A stretch of 64,000 nucleotides of DNA, from assembly GCA_964019335.1 (NCBI GenBank), contig OZ025759.1:124001-188000 (forward strand), in the 5' to 3' direction. The position numbers were made by a program, and so were the translations under genes. This document shows positions 11,354 through 22,321 of this stretch, one piece after another. The stretch is from Diplonema japonicum. Lineage: Eukaryota; Protista; Euglenozoa: Diplonemea. Position 1 is the stretch's first letter; the number at the start of each line of letters is the position of its first letter. A model generated the notes under the pieces. It was not told the DNA's origin and did no database searches. It saw only the letters and a program-made list of their open reading frames with translations.

Positions 11354-11785
11354 AAAAAAAAAAAAAAAAAAAAAAAGAAAAGAAAAAGAGAAGAAAAAAA
11401 AAGAAGGGCAGAGGATTTTTGGATAAAAAATCCCGTTTTTTCTTTCTTTTTTTTTGTCTTCTCTTTTTTTTTTTTTTTTTTTTTTTCATTCCCATTTATT
11501 TTATTCTTTGTGTTTCTCGTATTTCTCGCTGCAACAATGGAGTGGGAATGGAGGGAGGGGGGGAAAAAAAAAGGAACACAAGAAGAGGGGGAAATGATGA
11601 AGAAGGATTCTTTTCAAGTTGTGTCCTCTTATTTCCCTGTCTTTTTTTTCTTCTTCTTTTTCTTTTCTTTAAAAAAAAAAAAACTCTATTCTTCCCGTTC
11701 TGCCTTAAAAGCCTTAAGTTCCTTTTTAAAAAGTAATAGCCTCGCACCCTACTGGTCTCTCACTTATTTCAGGAAGTTTGCAGTG

Positions 11786-14068
11786 ATGACAACAGCAGGG
11801 AGGAACCCCCTGCAAGGGGTGACGACTGCCTTGCCCAAACTGGTGGGGTGTACGTTTCCGGAGTTGAACCAGCCTGCGAGCCATAAGAAGAAGCAACTAT
11901 TGGTCAAGGGTGACAGAGGCACGAACTCGGTGGGGGCCAAAGAACAACCCTCAGAGCACCCCGGGCCGGCAGCGAAAAAACTAAACGCGGAGAAAATCTC
12001 TGTGATGATGCCAGAGTGGCAAACGCTGGACAAGAAAACACTGAGGTTCTACGCGTACTTCAGGGAGGCAGTCATGGAATCACAAACAGAGTCAGATAGG
12101 CTGCGCAAGCTGTCCATTCTGTACTACCTTGAGGACGACACCATGCAGGTCTCAGAGCCGCGCCAGCAGAACAGTGGCATCACACAAGGCTCGCACATCA
12201 AACGGCACAAGATCATGAAAACCGAAACAGAACACTTCGACCTCCACGACCTGAGGATCGGGGACACCATCACCCTCTATGGCAAGACCATGATGATCGT
12301 TGACTGCGATGCCTTCACACGCGACTTCTACGAACGCGCAAAGCTCGACCAGCCAGAGGCCATCCACATCCCGGAGGACAGCCATGATCAATGGCAAACC
12401 AAGCTGCGCCTCAAGAGAACAAAGGACCCCGAGCTCAAACGGGTCATGGAGCTCGACGCCTCACAACGTGCTGGCGGCACCGTTCACAAGCTGTCCGGTG
12501 AAGCCAAAGAGCTCGCAAGGTCCTTTTACATCAACGACAGGAAGGTCCTCCGCTTCACATGTGAGTGGAGAGACCCCCACATCCACGGTGAGGTCCACGA
12601 GCTCACCCTGTTGTACTTCCTTGCCGACAAGACATGTGTTGTGTCTGAGCACCATTCCCAGAATTCTGGTAAAGACCCCTTCCCGAGGTTCTTGAAGAGA
12701 CAAAGAATACCAAAAGCGGGCTGCCCTGCACAAGGTGTCAGCCTAGAGACTGTGTCCACGATGCACCGGCCGGACCAGTTCTACACTGACGAGGACTTGT
12801 ATATTGGTGCTGTTATATCGGTCTTCGGGAGAGACCTCAAGATTTGCTCGATGGACCAAGCCACGCAGAAGTACTACGCAACACAGTACTCTGTGACAGA
12901 CTTCACACCTATTGGGGTGGACCTTGCGAAGCCAAAGCCTGTGGCAGTGCCTTGCCCCCCGCCGCACAACGGGTTTGGCAATGAACAGGACTCCCTCGGG
13001 AGTTGGAAGCACCTTGTCTTGAAGCCGCCCAGACGGGACTGTGCAAAAGAGCTGCGCGACAGGGACAAGGTCCTGCGCTTCTCTGCCAGCATGCTGTCTG
13101 CGCTCCCTACCGACAAGAACAGGTCCTTTATCGTGTGCTACTATTTGGCAGACAACACAGTCCAGGTGTGTTTCATTTATTTGTTTCCCCCAAACCATTT
13201 TCCCTCCTAGATATTCGAGCAGCCCAAAGCCAACTCTGGGTTAGTGGGCGGTAAGTATCTCTGCAGACAAAGGGTGAAGGTGGGAGTAAAGAGCGACGGG
13301 AACCCCGAGTACCTGCAGAAGGATGACTTAAACGTGGGAGCTGTGGTGGGGATATTGGGGACAAAGTTTGAGCTTACGGGAACAGACGAAAGAACAAAAG
13401 TACTGCTTGCAGGGAAGGAGGTGGAATTCGATGCGGGGAGGCTGAACCTAGTGTTGAAGAAGCTGAAGGAATTTACGATGATAAGGCATATCTCGGTGAC
13501 GGACGCGTTTAGGTTTTTTGACAGAGACCACTCGGGAGGGATCACCCTTGAGGAGCTGAGGCAAGTGCTAGATGAGCTGCAGATAACCGTGACAAGCGAG
13601 GAGCTGTACGCCTTGATGGAATACTTTGATACGGACGGTGACGGTATTATTTCTTATGCCGAATTCGTGCAGACGATGGTGCAGCAAGACTACACCGACT
13701 CTGATGAACCTACCAACGCAGACCCCATCACGAAGCCTGCTGTCAATGGGGCGAAATGCTCATCTGCACAGCAAAACATCAACGATGAGCTCTTCAGAAA
13801 AAAAGTCTTCAATATGTTCACAGAAAAGCTTTCCCGCCGCAGGACTGTGCTCCTCGAAACCTTCCGATCAATCGCAGACTCCTCTCAAGACGGGTGCATC
13901 GATGAACGGGGCTTCCGCAAGTGCATCACCACCACCCTCCAACTCCACCTCACCCCCGCCGAGCAGGACGCGCTCGTCTACAAATTCTTCCACAACCCCA
14001 AGACCCACACCACCAACTCCCGCCTTGAACTAAAGAACTTCATTGCGATATTTGAAAACCGGGTCTGA
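11786..14068 (+). CDS. EFHC1/EFHC2 (RIB72)-like axonemal protein: three DM10 domains plus EF-hands; intron 13166-13210
   Basis: Three repeats of LRF..(Y/F)YL.D.T..(V/I).E...NSG. EF-hands DRDHSGGITLEE and DTDGDGIISYAE. A 45-nt GT-AG intron gives VQ|IFEQPKANSG. Confidence 0.9.
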
Positions 14069-14180
14069 AAAGCGACTTTGTCTTTTTTTTTTTCTCTTTT
14101 TGTTTCCCCCATTTCTTTTGTAAAAAGTTTGACAACCATAGGGGGTTCGCCCTCTCTGCATCCGGTGCATCTTCCTATTC

Positions 14181-15416
14181 ATGTCTTCAGAGGCAAACAT
14201 GCCGCAAGATGTGATAGTAGATAGTGATAATGAGGACGCGCTCGACGAGATGTTGAAAATGGTGGAGGTGTGCTTGCTTGTGGGTGTCGATGTGGAGTAC
14301 ACCGGGGTGAAGGGACCGAAGTGCAAGTGGCTGTCAGGGTCTCCCGAGCGGTACAACGAAAAGAGGGAACACGTGATGATCTACTCCATCGTCGAGGTTG
14401 GTCTTTGTGTGGTGGGGAAGGATGGGGAGGAGAGGACGTATCGCATCATCACGCGGCCTGAAGGACCCGATGTGACGTGGGACATGAGCTCGATGCTGTT
14501 CCTGCAGAACCACGGTGTGGACGTCAAGAGGTGGTGGGACAACGGTGTTCCCCACCGAAAGGTAGCGCCGTACCTCAAAGAGGTCTTCAGAAAGGCGTGT
14601 GTGGTTGGTTTCTCAATGGGGCAGGATCTCATGTTCATATCGCACCACTTCTTCGCACCTCTCCCTGACACAGTCGATGCCTTCGTTGCGCAGCTTCGTG
14701 ATATCAGTCCCCTTCTTATCGACACACGCTTAATGAACATGTCGTCGGCTTCTGCCTCGCACACTCCTGCGCTTGACAAGTTCTATGAAAAGCTGCTCCA
14801 AGACGAGAAGCCTCCCTCCCTTTTCATGCCTGTTCCTGACACGCTTTGGCACCAGTCTGGGTATGATGCTCTCGTCACCGCACGGTCCTTCCTCCTTCTC
14901 ATGAAGAAGCTCCGCCTCATTGACATGATGCACGCAGAAGGTGTCAGCAAAACCGTACGCTCGCAGATCAGAGAGGTCGTCAACAAGCTCCCTTGGCACT
15001 GGGCGCCTGAGGAATTCAGTCTGGACCTTTCAGAGCCAGTGCAGTACGATCCGTGGGCCAAGGGGTACTGGAAGCACTGCATTGTGTTGGAAGGGACCTA
15101 CGAAGACGTTGTGGGGTTCAAGAAATACTACAGCGGCGACAGACTGCGGTCCCTCACGGACACACACTATCTTCTAGAATGGCCTGCCGATAAGAAAGGC
15201 CACTTCTTCCCCAACAAGCAATATCATAGCAATCACTGCTCTTACAACACTCTCACCGAACTAATCGGTCTTGGTGTATGTTCAAAGAGCATCCTGTCGG
15301 CTGTCGAAAAGCCAAATCACCTTTTTGTTTACACACCAGAAGCCTACCGCAGCAGAATAGCGAAGGGCACAATCATGATTGACACTGCTCCTTCTAAGAA
15401 GCGGCGAGTGGGTTGA
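14181..15416 (+). CDS. CAF1-family DEDD 3'-5' ribonuclease (PARN/TOE1-like)
   Basis: Motifs VGVDVEYTGV, IVEVGLC, GQDLMF, IDTRL and HQSGYDALVT. Confidence 0.85.
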   Translation: MSSEANMPQDVIVDSDNEDALDEMLKMVEVCLLVGVDVEYTGVKGPKCKWLSGSPERYNEKREHVMIYSIVEVGLCVVGKDGEERTYRIITRPEGPDVTWDMSSMLFLQNHGVDVKRWWDNGVPHRKVAPYLKEVFRKACVVGFSMGQDLMFISHHFFAPLPDTVDAFVAQLRDISPLLIDTRLMNMSSASASHTPALDKFYEKLLQDEKPPSLFMPVPDTLWHQSGYDALVTARSFLLLMKKLRLIDMMHAEGVSKTVRSQIREVVNKLPWHWAPEEFSLDLSEPVQYDPWAKGYWKHCIVLEGTYEDVVGFKKYYSGDRLRSLTDTHYLLEWPADKKGHFFPNKQYHSNHCSYNTLTELIGLGVCSKSILSAVEKPNHLFVYTPEAYRSRIAKGTIMIDTAPSKKRRVG

Positions 15417-15470
15417 TTGAGTGTATTGTATGAACGTGTTGTATATAAATGCAAAAAGAATACACAGGAG

Positions 15471-17126
15471 ATGAATGAAACATGGGAAGGACAAGCAGGA
15501 ATGGTGAAGATTACAAAGCTTGAGCGATTAGAAAGGGAGCTCAGGCATTTGAAGCTTGTGGAGTGTCAGCTGGTGAATGAACACCAGCTCGAGGAAGACA
15601 GGCTGGCCATCCTTGAGGAGGAGGAGCGGAATGAGCCGGCACACGAGAAAAGTACTAACCAAAGGCAAGAAGTGGCTGAGGTTACGAAATGGGTGCTGGA
15701 TAGGTGCGAAATGCCAAAGCAGCAAACTGACTTCTTCACAACGGACCGTGTGGCTGAGGATAACTTGGACACAACAGACCTGCGGAAGATGTACGGGGAA
15801 GGGTTGTATCCGCAAGACAGCGCACGTGCTTACATTTCGTCAGAGAACTACTGGTCGATCGGTGAGGACGCTGCGCTTAGAAAGGCTGTCTTTGTGGGCT
15901 GTGCGAGGAAGAGAGAAGAGGAGACCCTCGAGAAAGAGAGACTTGCACGCGAAGAGCTACGAGATGACCCTGAGAACTTTAAGCGGCCCTCCATGCCTCA
16001 GTGGGTAGAGTTATACACCAGCGGCATAATGGAGTCCTTCACGATGGATGACTGGGAAGAAATCGCAAATTATTACAACCACAACAAGCCACCACATACA
16101 CTGCAGAGGGGCGCTGTGAATTGCATCACGCAGTGGCATACATCTGCAAGCTTAATGATACCTGACTACGCCCCGGAAGCCATAAGAGCCGTGGTCACCA
16201 CTGTGCCTAGTGAAGACGTGAATGCCGGGAACCTTTTAGCCGAATGTCGGCAAGATGGAATCACCAGGATAGGGGCCGCACCTTGTTTGCTTTATGTACC
16301 AAGTATTACGTGTCTTGATCTGCTGAAAATGGACAAGGAAGACAAGCAGTATCTCCGAGTCCTGCTCGGGAAGTACGGGCCGTCGAACACTGTGTTCTTA
16401 AAGTCCAAAATGGGGGAGAAGTACCCGAAATGGAGGAACGCCCCGATTGCACTCTTTGAGAACTATGTCACCAAGGAAACCAAGTACACGGGTGGGGTCG
16501 CGGAAGAACAAAGCAAGAAGGTGACACATGCACAACTCGTTGCAGCCTTGCACGACACCTGTGCTGCTGCGAAAATGTTCCCGAAGCTCCCTCGAGAATG
16601 GCACGCACAGCTGTGCGGCACCACAGCGTACGCAGAAATCGGAAAATACAACAAGCAGCAACTCCCATCGATAAAAAATTCCTGCTTGATTAAAGCAGGA
16701 ATGTACGAGGCGCCACCCCTGCCCGTCCAGTCCGCCTCTTTGGGGAAGCGAACTGCAGCAGTCCTGAAGGCATCCTATTTCACCCCGAGGAAGAGGGCGC
16801 GAACTGACGTGGGGTGCAGCCTCTGGATGAGCAACGTGGGCATGCTTCCATCTGCTCAGGCTTGCTCTGCCTCCCAAGCCTCCTTCGACAGCCTGATGAT
16901 GGCTCTGTGCGGGAAAGTCCCTTCAGACTTGGGTTTTATCGACGCCTACAATGCGGCTGCTGAGCAGGATATGAAAACGGTTACTAGTTCCGAAGAATTG
17001 AATAGTAAGTTAGAAAAAGCAGCTTCTCATCCCATGACCGTAGTGTTCTCAGCTGCGGCTGTAGCTGCATTCGAGGGGCTACTAGTGAGCGGGGCGGTGC
17101 ACTGTCGTGAACATAAGATAATCTAG
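15471..17126 (+). CDS. Myb/SANT-like protein, resembles the N-terminal region of SNAPC4/SNAP190
   Basis: WSIGEDAALRKAV ... DDWEEIANYY ... RGAVNCITQW, preceded by a coiled coil. First ATG after ACACAG at 15467. Confidence 0.6.
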   Translation: MNETWEGQAGMVKITKLERLERELRHLKLVECQLVNEHQLEEDRLAILEEEERNEPAHEKSTNQRQEVAEVTKWVLDRCEMPKQQTDFFTTDRVAEDNLDTTDLRKMYGEGLYPQDSARAYISSENYWSIGEDAALRKAVFVGCARKREEETLEKERLAREELRDDPENFKRPSMPQWVELYTSGIMESFTMDDWEEIANYYNHNKPPHTLQRGAVNCITQWHTSASLMIPDYAPEAIRAVVTTVPSEDVNAGNLLAECRQDGITRIGAAPCLLYVPSITCLDLLKMDKEDKQYLRVLLGKYGPSNTVFLKSKMGEKYPKWRNAPIALFENYVTKETKYTGGVAEEQSKKVTHAQLVAALHDTCAAAKMFPKLPREWHAQLCGTTAYAEIGKYNKQQLPSIKNSCLIKAGMYEAPPLPVQSASLGKRTAAVLKASYFTPRKRARTDVGCSLWMSNVGMLPSAQACSASQASFDSLMMALCGKVPSDLGFIDAYNAAAEQDMKTVTSSEELNSKLEKAASHPMTVVFSAAAVAAFEGLLVSGAVHCREHKII

Positions 17127-17194
17127 TGAGTTCAAATGAGAAGACCAACATGTCGTTTTTGTTGCTACAAACACACGCACACAGAAGGGGGAAG

Positions 17195-17635
17195 ATGGGG
17201 TTCGCGAACCCTCTCAGGACGGAAATCCTGCGCAACTACAAGAAATTGCTGCAAACGGCAGAGGCGATGCCCACAAGAAACAGACGGGAGTGGATGGTGG
17301 ACAAGGTGAAGACAGAGTTCCGACGTGACATGGATACGTTGACGGAGAGCGAGGAGATAGAACATAGACTATCACTGGCAAAGGTACAAGTAGACAACTC
17401 GGATGCCATAGCAAAGCATCTCACAAGGTGGTTGGGAAGGGATGACGCGCGAGACGACCCTCTTGAGTTCGGTCCCTCAGAACCGAACATGGATGTCCTT
17501 GAATACGATTACAACTGGGAGAGGGAGTGGGACAACTGGCGGCTCACACACCCGAGGTATGACTTAGCTTTTGCGTACCTCGAACTCCCCACAGACACTG
17601 CCAACCACACGAGGCGGGGACTCCTGAAGCGATAG
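17195..17635 (+). CDS. LYR-motif (Complex1_LYR) mitochondrial protein
   Basis: ILRNYKKLLQTAEAMP..RREW...VKTEFRR has the LYR/EFR pattern. Confidence 0.75.
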   Translation: MGFANPLRTEILRNYKKLLQTAEAMPTRNRREWMVDKVKTEFRRDMDTLTESEEIEHRLSLAKVQVDNSDAIAKHLTRWLGRDDARDDPLEFGPSEPNMDVLEYDYNWEREWDNWRLTHPRYDLAFAYLELPTDTANHTRRGLLKR

Positions 17636-17775
17636 AACAGTGGAAACGGATGGTCAAAAACAAACGAGCGCGGAAAGATTTAATTCCACCACCCCCAAAG
17701 TTCAAATTTGTGTCACATTAGTTTTTCTTCTAAGAAGTGCATTCTCGGGGGACATCAACTGACAGGGATCTGAAC

Positions 17776-18453
17776 ATGGACGCAGAACCGTTGCTGCTAG
17801 AGTCCATTGGATATGTAGGGGACGAGTTTAGATTTCTGGAGAGACACCTGGAGAGGCTTAGCACATCGTGTTTGACGTTAGGGTACTGCAACGACAAGGT
17901 GCGCATGATACCAGACGCTCTGCGAAAATACGTGTCTGTGAACAAAGTTGTGGAGGACGGGCACCTCTGCATGGTGCGCGTGACAGTTAGCAAGGACGGG
18001 GTGTTCGAGGTGGGACACAGGTTGTTGGAGTGGCCAGTGCCCTTGTACAGCTTGCCGAAAGAAGACAAAACCGAAGAGTATCCGAGGAGAAGCATTTCGG
18101 TCAACACAGAACCCATCGACACGCACGGGGTGTACATGGTGAACAAGACTACCATGAGGAAGCCTTACGATGCTGTGAGGTCCGCTGCACCGCCAGGCAC
18201 GTTTGACACCTTGATAGTGAACAGCGATGGCCACCTCACGGAGGGGTGCTTCACAAACGTGGCGGTCTTGGCAAACGGCGCGTGGACCACACCCCACATA
18301 TCATGCGGGCTCCTTCCGGGCACCCTCCGAGCAGACTTCTTATCGAGCGGCGACCTACAAGAAGGACTCATCACGGCAGAAGACCTTCGTACCGCTGATA
18401 TGATAGTGTGCTTTAATTCTGTAAGAGGCGTTGTGGTCTGCAACGTGGCGTAG
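17776..18453 (+). CDS. Class IV PLP-dependent aminotransferase / 4-amino-4-deoxychorismate lyase-like (PabC-like)
   Basis: LERHLERL, catalytic-Lys region NKTTMRKPYD, LTEGCFTNV, CGLLPGTLRA and FNSVRGV. Confidence 0.85.
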   Translation: MDAEPLLLESIGYVGDEFRFLERHLERLSTSCLTLGYCNDKVRMIPDALRKYVSVNKVVEDGHLCMVRVTVSKDGVFEVGHRLLEWPVPLYSLPKEDKTEEYPRRSISVNTEPIDTHGVYMVNKTTMRKPYDAVRSAAPPGTFDTLIVNSDGHLTEGCFTNVAVLANGAWTTPHISCGLLPGTLRADFLSSGDLQEGLITAEDLRTADMIVCFNSVRGVVVCNVA

Positions 18454-18508
18454 CCTTTCCCTTTCTTGGTAACACGTGCCATTAAGTACACAGGTGGGGA
18501 ACAGTGGA

Positions 18509-18511
<3 letters not shown>

Positions 18512-18559
<48 letters not shown>
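18512..18559 (+). repeat. (AAC)16 microsatellite directly abutting a start codon
   Basis: Perfect AAC run ending at 18559; ATG at 18560. Confidence 0.95.
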
Positions 18560-18560
<1 letters not shown>

Positions 18561-19300
18561 TGGGGAACAGCGCGGTAAAGCAGAAAGTGGAACGGGCGGA
18601 GAAGACAAAGACCCTCTCCCTTGACGGGTGCGGGTTGTCCTCCACCGACGTGTCGAAGCTTCTAAAGAAACTGGAAGGCTTAAAATTTTTAGACCTAAGC
18701 CGTAATAAGTTGAAGGGGGCAATAGCGCATGAGGTGGGGGGGCTGAAGGGGTTGAAAAAATTGCAACTGGACAAAAACAGATTGACGGACATCACACCTT
18801 TGGAGTCACTGGGCGAACTTGAAGAGTTCTCTGCTAACGGAAACATGTTGCCGAAGGTAAACGGCACGTCCATGCAGAAGCTGAAGAAGTTGTCTCTCTC
18901 GGGGAACTGCCTGACGGTCTGTTCTGTGGATGGGCTGAAGTACCTCCGCGAGCTGAACCTGTCGCACAACAAGTTGTCCGCCGTCCCTAGCGGTGTCTTC
19001 TCCCTCCCAGCACTGCAAGACTTGGATCTCTCGTACAACTCACTTACCTCGTTGGCGGGGCCTATCACTGCAAAAAGTTTGCAGAGCCTGAATCTGAACC
19101 ACAACAGCATAGCAGCCATACCCAACGAACTGCTTAAAGATACAAAACTGATTACCCTAAACATAGAGGGTAATCCCATCACAGGCGCAGACCTTAAAGC
19201 ACTAGACAGTTATGCAGAGTGGCTCGCACGACAGAAGAAGACAATAGACAAGCAGATCTCCGGCGGGCTCGCCGTCCAGATGATAAAAGAGAAGGAGTGA
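18560..19300 (+). CDS. LRRC57: Leucine-rich repeat protein, LRRC57-like
   Basis: N-terminus MGNSAVKQKVERAEKT (myristoylation-type, characteristic of the family), LxxLxLxxN repeats and the C-terminal DSYAEWLARQKK motif. Confidence 0.75.
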
Positions 19301-19372
19301 GCGAAGGAGTTTTAGCTACATTCCCATCCAAACCTGTACCACGCCCAACAGCAGGAATCGGGGTATGGTAAA

Positions 19373-20596
19373 ATGCGGCACCTCCTGACCATGGCGGAGA
19401 TAGGGACCGCCTTTAAGAAATGTGATGAGCGGACAGAAAAATACTCCGCAGAAAAGGAAGCGGAGCAGGCACTGTGCACGGCACCGAAAAAGGAAGCGTT
19501 CGAGGAACCGATTTTGCGAGATTTTATCGACAAGAGCAGGATGACAATGGAGAAGCAGATCCTCGTCGACAGGGTGAAGCACGTCGAGGACGCTATTTGG
19601 AAGAAGCTGCTGGAGGGGAAATCGGAGTCACCTGAAGCTTACACCGACGACAAGGTGGACATGGTGCCTCGGTGCTATGGGGACGACACGACTGCCAAGA
19701 TGATGAAGATACTGCGTAGGCCAACAACTATGAAATCCGGAGAAGCCTTGATGCGAATGAGGGAGAAGAAGAGACTGGCTGGCGTCGGGAGTGACAAGCT
19801 GATGCCCAAGGACCATGTCTTCGACGAGCTGTTCAGCACGGCCGACCATCGCAAGCGCCTCAGAGCGTTGCGCATAAACACCGACGACAGCCTGTGCTCG
19901 CCCACCTCGAAGCGCGAAGTCCTCACTCGGACACCAGCTCAGCAGATATCCATCGCCCTCAGCCCAAAACCCACCAAGCACCGCAGGAGCTTCCTGGATG
20001 CCGATGACATCCACAGGAAGTCCATCATCGGTAGCATCAGCTTCGACTTGCCCCAACCCTCTGTGTCCTTGACATCCGGACCACCGCATGTCACGTGCTA
20101 CAAAGCTACTAAACGCATCGCTCGGAAGCACAACGCACCCAAGAAGGCGTGGTACAGCAGCTCTTCAACAGATGCAGCTGTCATCTTCAACAACAGAACT
20201 GTTCTGCGAAAGCGACCGATAAGCACAGCAAGACGTCCGCAGCAGACTCTCAAAGAGTACCAGAAAAACCTTGCTGCCGAACGCGTGGAAGATCCTGCAT
20301 TCTATGACTTGCTAATCAGCGTGAAGACCACCGAGCTTGTTGGCTGCGTAAGCATACTTGCAAACATAGGGCATCAGGAACACCTCATGCCGACCTTGAC
20401 ACCAGACGAGGATGGATGTTTCCTGTTCAGCCCTTGCTTGATTCCATGGGTGCCGAGGCCCTCTTTTCTGTATGAGAAGGATGTAGTTATTTCTCTTTAT
20501 ACACCGTTGCCTTCCGGTGACGACCTGGGGGACCTGCTTGCAGTATTTGAGGTGCGGTACACTGCGAAAGTAGAAGTTCGCAAGTTGAGCGTGTAG
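19373..20596 (+). CDS. Hypothetical protein (~407 aa)
   Basis: Long ATG ORF in the co-directional array; start codon uncertain. Confidence 0.7.
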   Translation: MRHLLTMAEIGTAFKKCDERTEKYSAEKEAEQALCTAPKKEAFEEPILRDFIDKSRMTMEKQILVDRVKHVEDAIWKKLLEGKSESPEAYTDDKVDMVPRCYGDDTTAKMMKILRRPTTMKSGEALMRMREKKRLAGVGSDKLMPKDHVFDELFSTADHRKRLRALRINTDDSLCSPTSKREVLTRTPAQQISIALSPKPTKHRRSFLDADDIHRKSIIGSISFDLPQPSVSLTSGPPHVTCYKATKRIARKHNAPKKAWYSSSSTDAAVIFNNRTVLRKRPISTARRPQQTLKEYQKNLAAERVEDPAFYDLLISVKTTELVGCVSILANIGHQEHLMPTLTPDEDGCFLFSPCLIPWVPRPSFLYEKDVVISLYTPLPSGDDLGDLLAVFEVRYTAKVEVRKLSV

Positions 20597-20668
20597 TGGG
20601 TTATTTTTTTTCCTCTACGCGCAAAGAAAAAAAGAAAAGAAAAAGGGGGGACATAAAATATAGTAACA

Positions 20669-20995
20669 ATGTCGCAAGATGACCAGCTATCACTGCTGCC
20701 GGAGAAGGTAGTGAAGAACGTGCAGATAGTAGACAAGATAAAGACCTTTGCGGCATGCACCACAGGGGTGCTGTCTGGTGTCATTGGGTTGACTGGTTTG
20801 AACGGGTTCATGGCATTCTTCATCCTCAGCGTGTTGGTGGTAGGTTATTTGCAGTACGTGATCATCGGTGCCTCAAAATCAAAAGACTACTTTGCGCCAG
20901 ACTACTCCTTGTTCTCCTTCGGCAACATCATCGGTGCCTTCGTGACCTACGTTGTCGTGTGGACCATAGCTTACGACACTGTACACATATTCTAG
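20669..20995 (+). CDS. EMC6: ER membrane protein complex subunit 6
   Basis: 108 aa; GVLSGVIGLTGLNGF and C-terminal FVTYVVVWTIAYDTVHIF. Confidence 0.9.
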   Translation: MSQDDQLSLLPEKVVKNVQIVDKIKTFAACTTGVLSGVIGLTGLNGFMAFFILSVLVVGYLQYVIIGASKSKDYFAPDYSLFSFGNIIGAFVTYVVVWTIAYDTVHIF

Positions 20996-21144
20996 CTGGC
21001 GCATAGCAGTGTTTTTGTGTTTAAAAAATATTTTATTAGTGTTTTTGAGACCTTGCAGTGTTTCTTTAGTCATATTACGTTATCTGCAGCCCAGCCTAAC
21101 CTACGGAGCATCTTCGTATCCCCGCTCAGGTCAAATGCAGTAGC

Positions 21145-22257
21145 ATGCTCCGTCACGCAACCGATGCGAGAGTCGCAGGTGCGGTACACAGCAAGTGGAG
21201 GCACAAGGCAAAGAACTTCTCGGACGTTGACTTGGAAGGTGTGCAGAAGAAGCTGCGGGAAGACATCAACAGGCTGCGGGGGGCAGGGAACGAGGTGTCG
21301 GTGAACACTTACCACGAGGTGATGAAAGTGGTAGGAAAGGGCGCACATGGAGGGCAGCGGGTCATGCATTGGTATGACCAGATGACTTCACATGGCGTGC
21401 GGCCAGACAACACCACAAGTATGATTATCCTCAGGGCACATGGCCAGGCCAAAGATATCGTGATGCTGAAGAAAGCATGGAGCACGCTGTGCGAAACAAC
21501 ACCGCAGCCCCCCCTACCGGTGTACAACACCTACATCATGGGGCTGATCGCATGCAGACACTGCCATGAGGCGTGCAGGATGGTCAAAGACATGGAAGCC
21601 AACGGCCCCTTGCCGTCTGTGGTGACGTATACACTAATGCTGCAAGTGGACAAGGTACAACGTGAGAAGTGGACGGAGAAGATAAGGGAAATGAACAAGG
21701 GTATGCTTGACACAGAGGCAGAGATGGCGCTATTCAGGTTGGCATGTACAGAGGACGGGTACACAGAAGGGCATGCCTCTTTGCAGAACATGAGGGACAG
21801 GGGTGTGAAGTATGATGTTCGTGCCTTCCTGTACCTGCTGGGATGCTGTCGCTCTGGAGAGCAGCTTGCCAGTGTTTGGAACGAATGCAAGCGGGATGGG
21901 TTCTCGCACACTGTCGCTTGTTACAATACAGTGCTGGCCTTCCTGTCGGCAAGGGCCTGCCACGTGGATGACTCATTCCATAAAACTGTTCTTTTCATAT
22001 ACTTCACCGCTCTGCACGGTGCGGGGCACACCCCTTCGTACTCCACAGTGCGGCATGTGCTGCAGTCTTGCGCAAAGACAGGCGACGTTCTTGTCAGTGA
22101 GAAGGTGAGGCGGTCCCTGCCGAAGTTCGTGAAAGAAAAGTCCATCATTAACCTTGTGCTGGATTCATATCGAGAGGACTCCTTACGAGAGTCCCACCCT
22201 GAGAGGGCACCAATCTTTGCTGAGAGGGTTGCCGCTTTGGATGACTGCAAATGGTGA
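21145..22257 (+). CDS. Pentatricopeptide repeat (PPR) protein
   Basis: ~35-aa repeats, e.g. YDQMTSHGVRPDNTT, PLPVYNTYIMGL, MEANGPLPSVVTYTLML and VACYNTVL. Confidence 0.85.
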   Translation: MLRHATDARVAGAVHSKWRHKAKNFSDVDLEGVQKKLREDINRLRGAGNEVSVNTYHEVMKVVGKGAHGGQRVMHWYDQMTSHGVRPDNTTSMIILRAHGQAKDIVMLKKAWSTLCETTPQPPLPVYNTYIMGLIACRHCHEACRMVKDMEANGPLPSVVTYTLMLQVDKVQREKWTEKIREMNKGMLDTEAEMALFRLACTEDGYTEGHASLQNMRDRGVKYDVRAFLYLLGCCRSGEQLASVWNECKRDGFSHTVACYNTVLAFLSARACHVDDSFHKTVLFIYFTALHGAGHTPSYSTVRHVLQSCAKTGDVLVSEKVRRSLPKFVKEKSIINLVLDSYREDSLRESHPERAPIFAERVAALDDCKW

Positions 22258-22321
22258 ACTGTTTTGGTTTTTTTTTTTATATCCAGTCACATCACGTACC
22301 ATCACAGAAGGGGAGGCTGGA

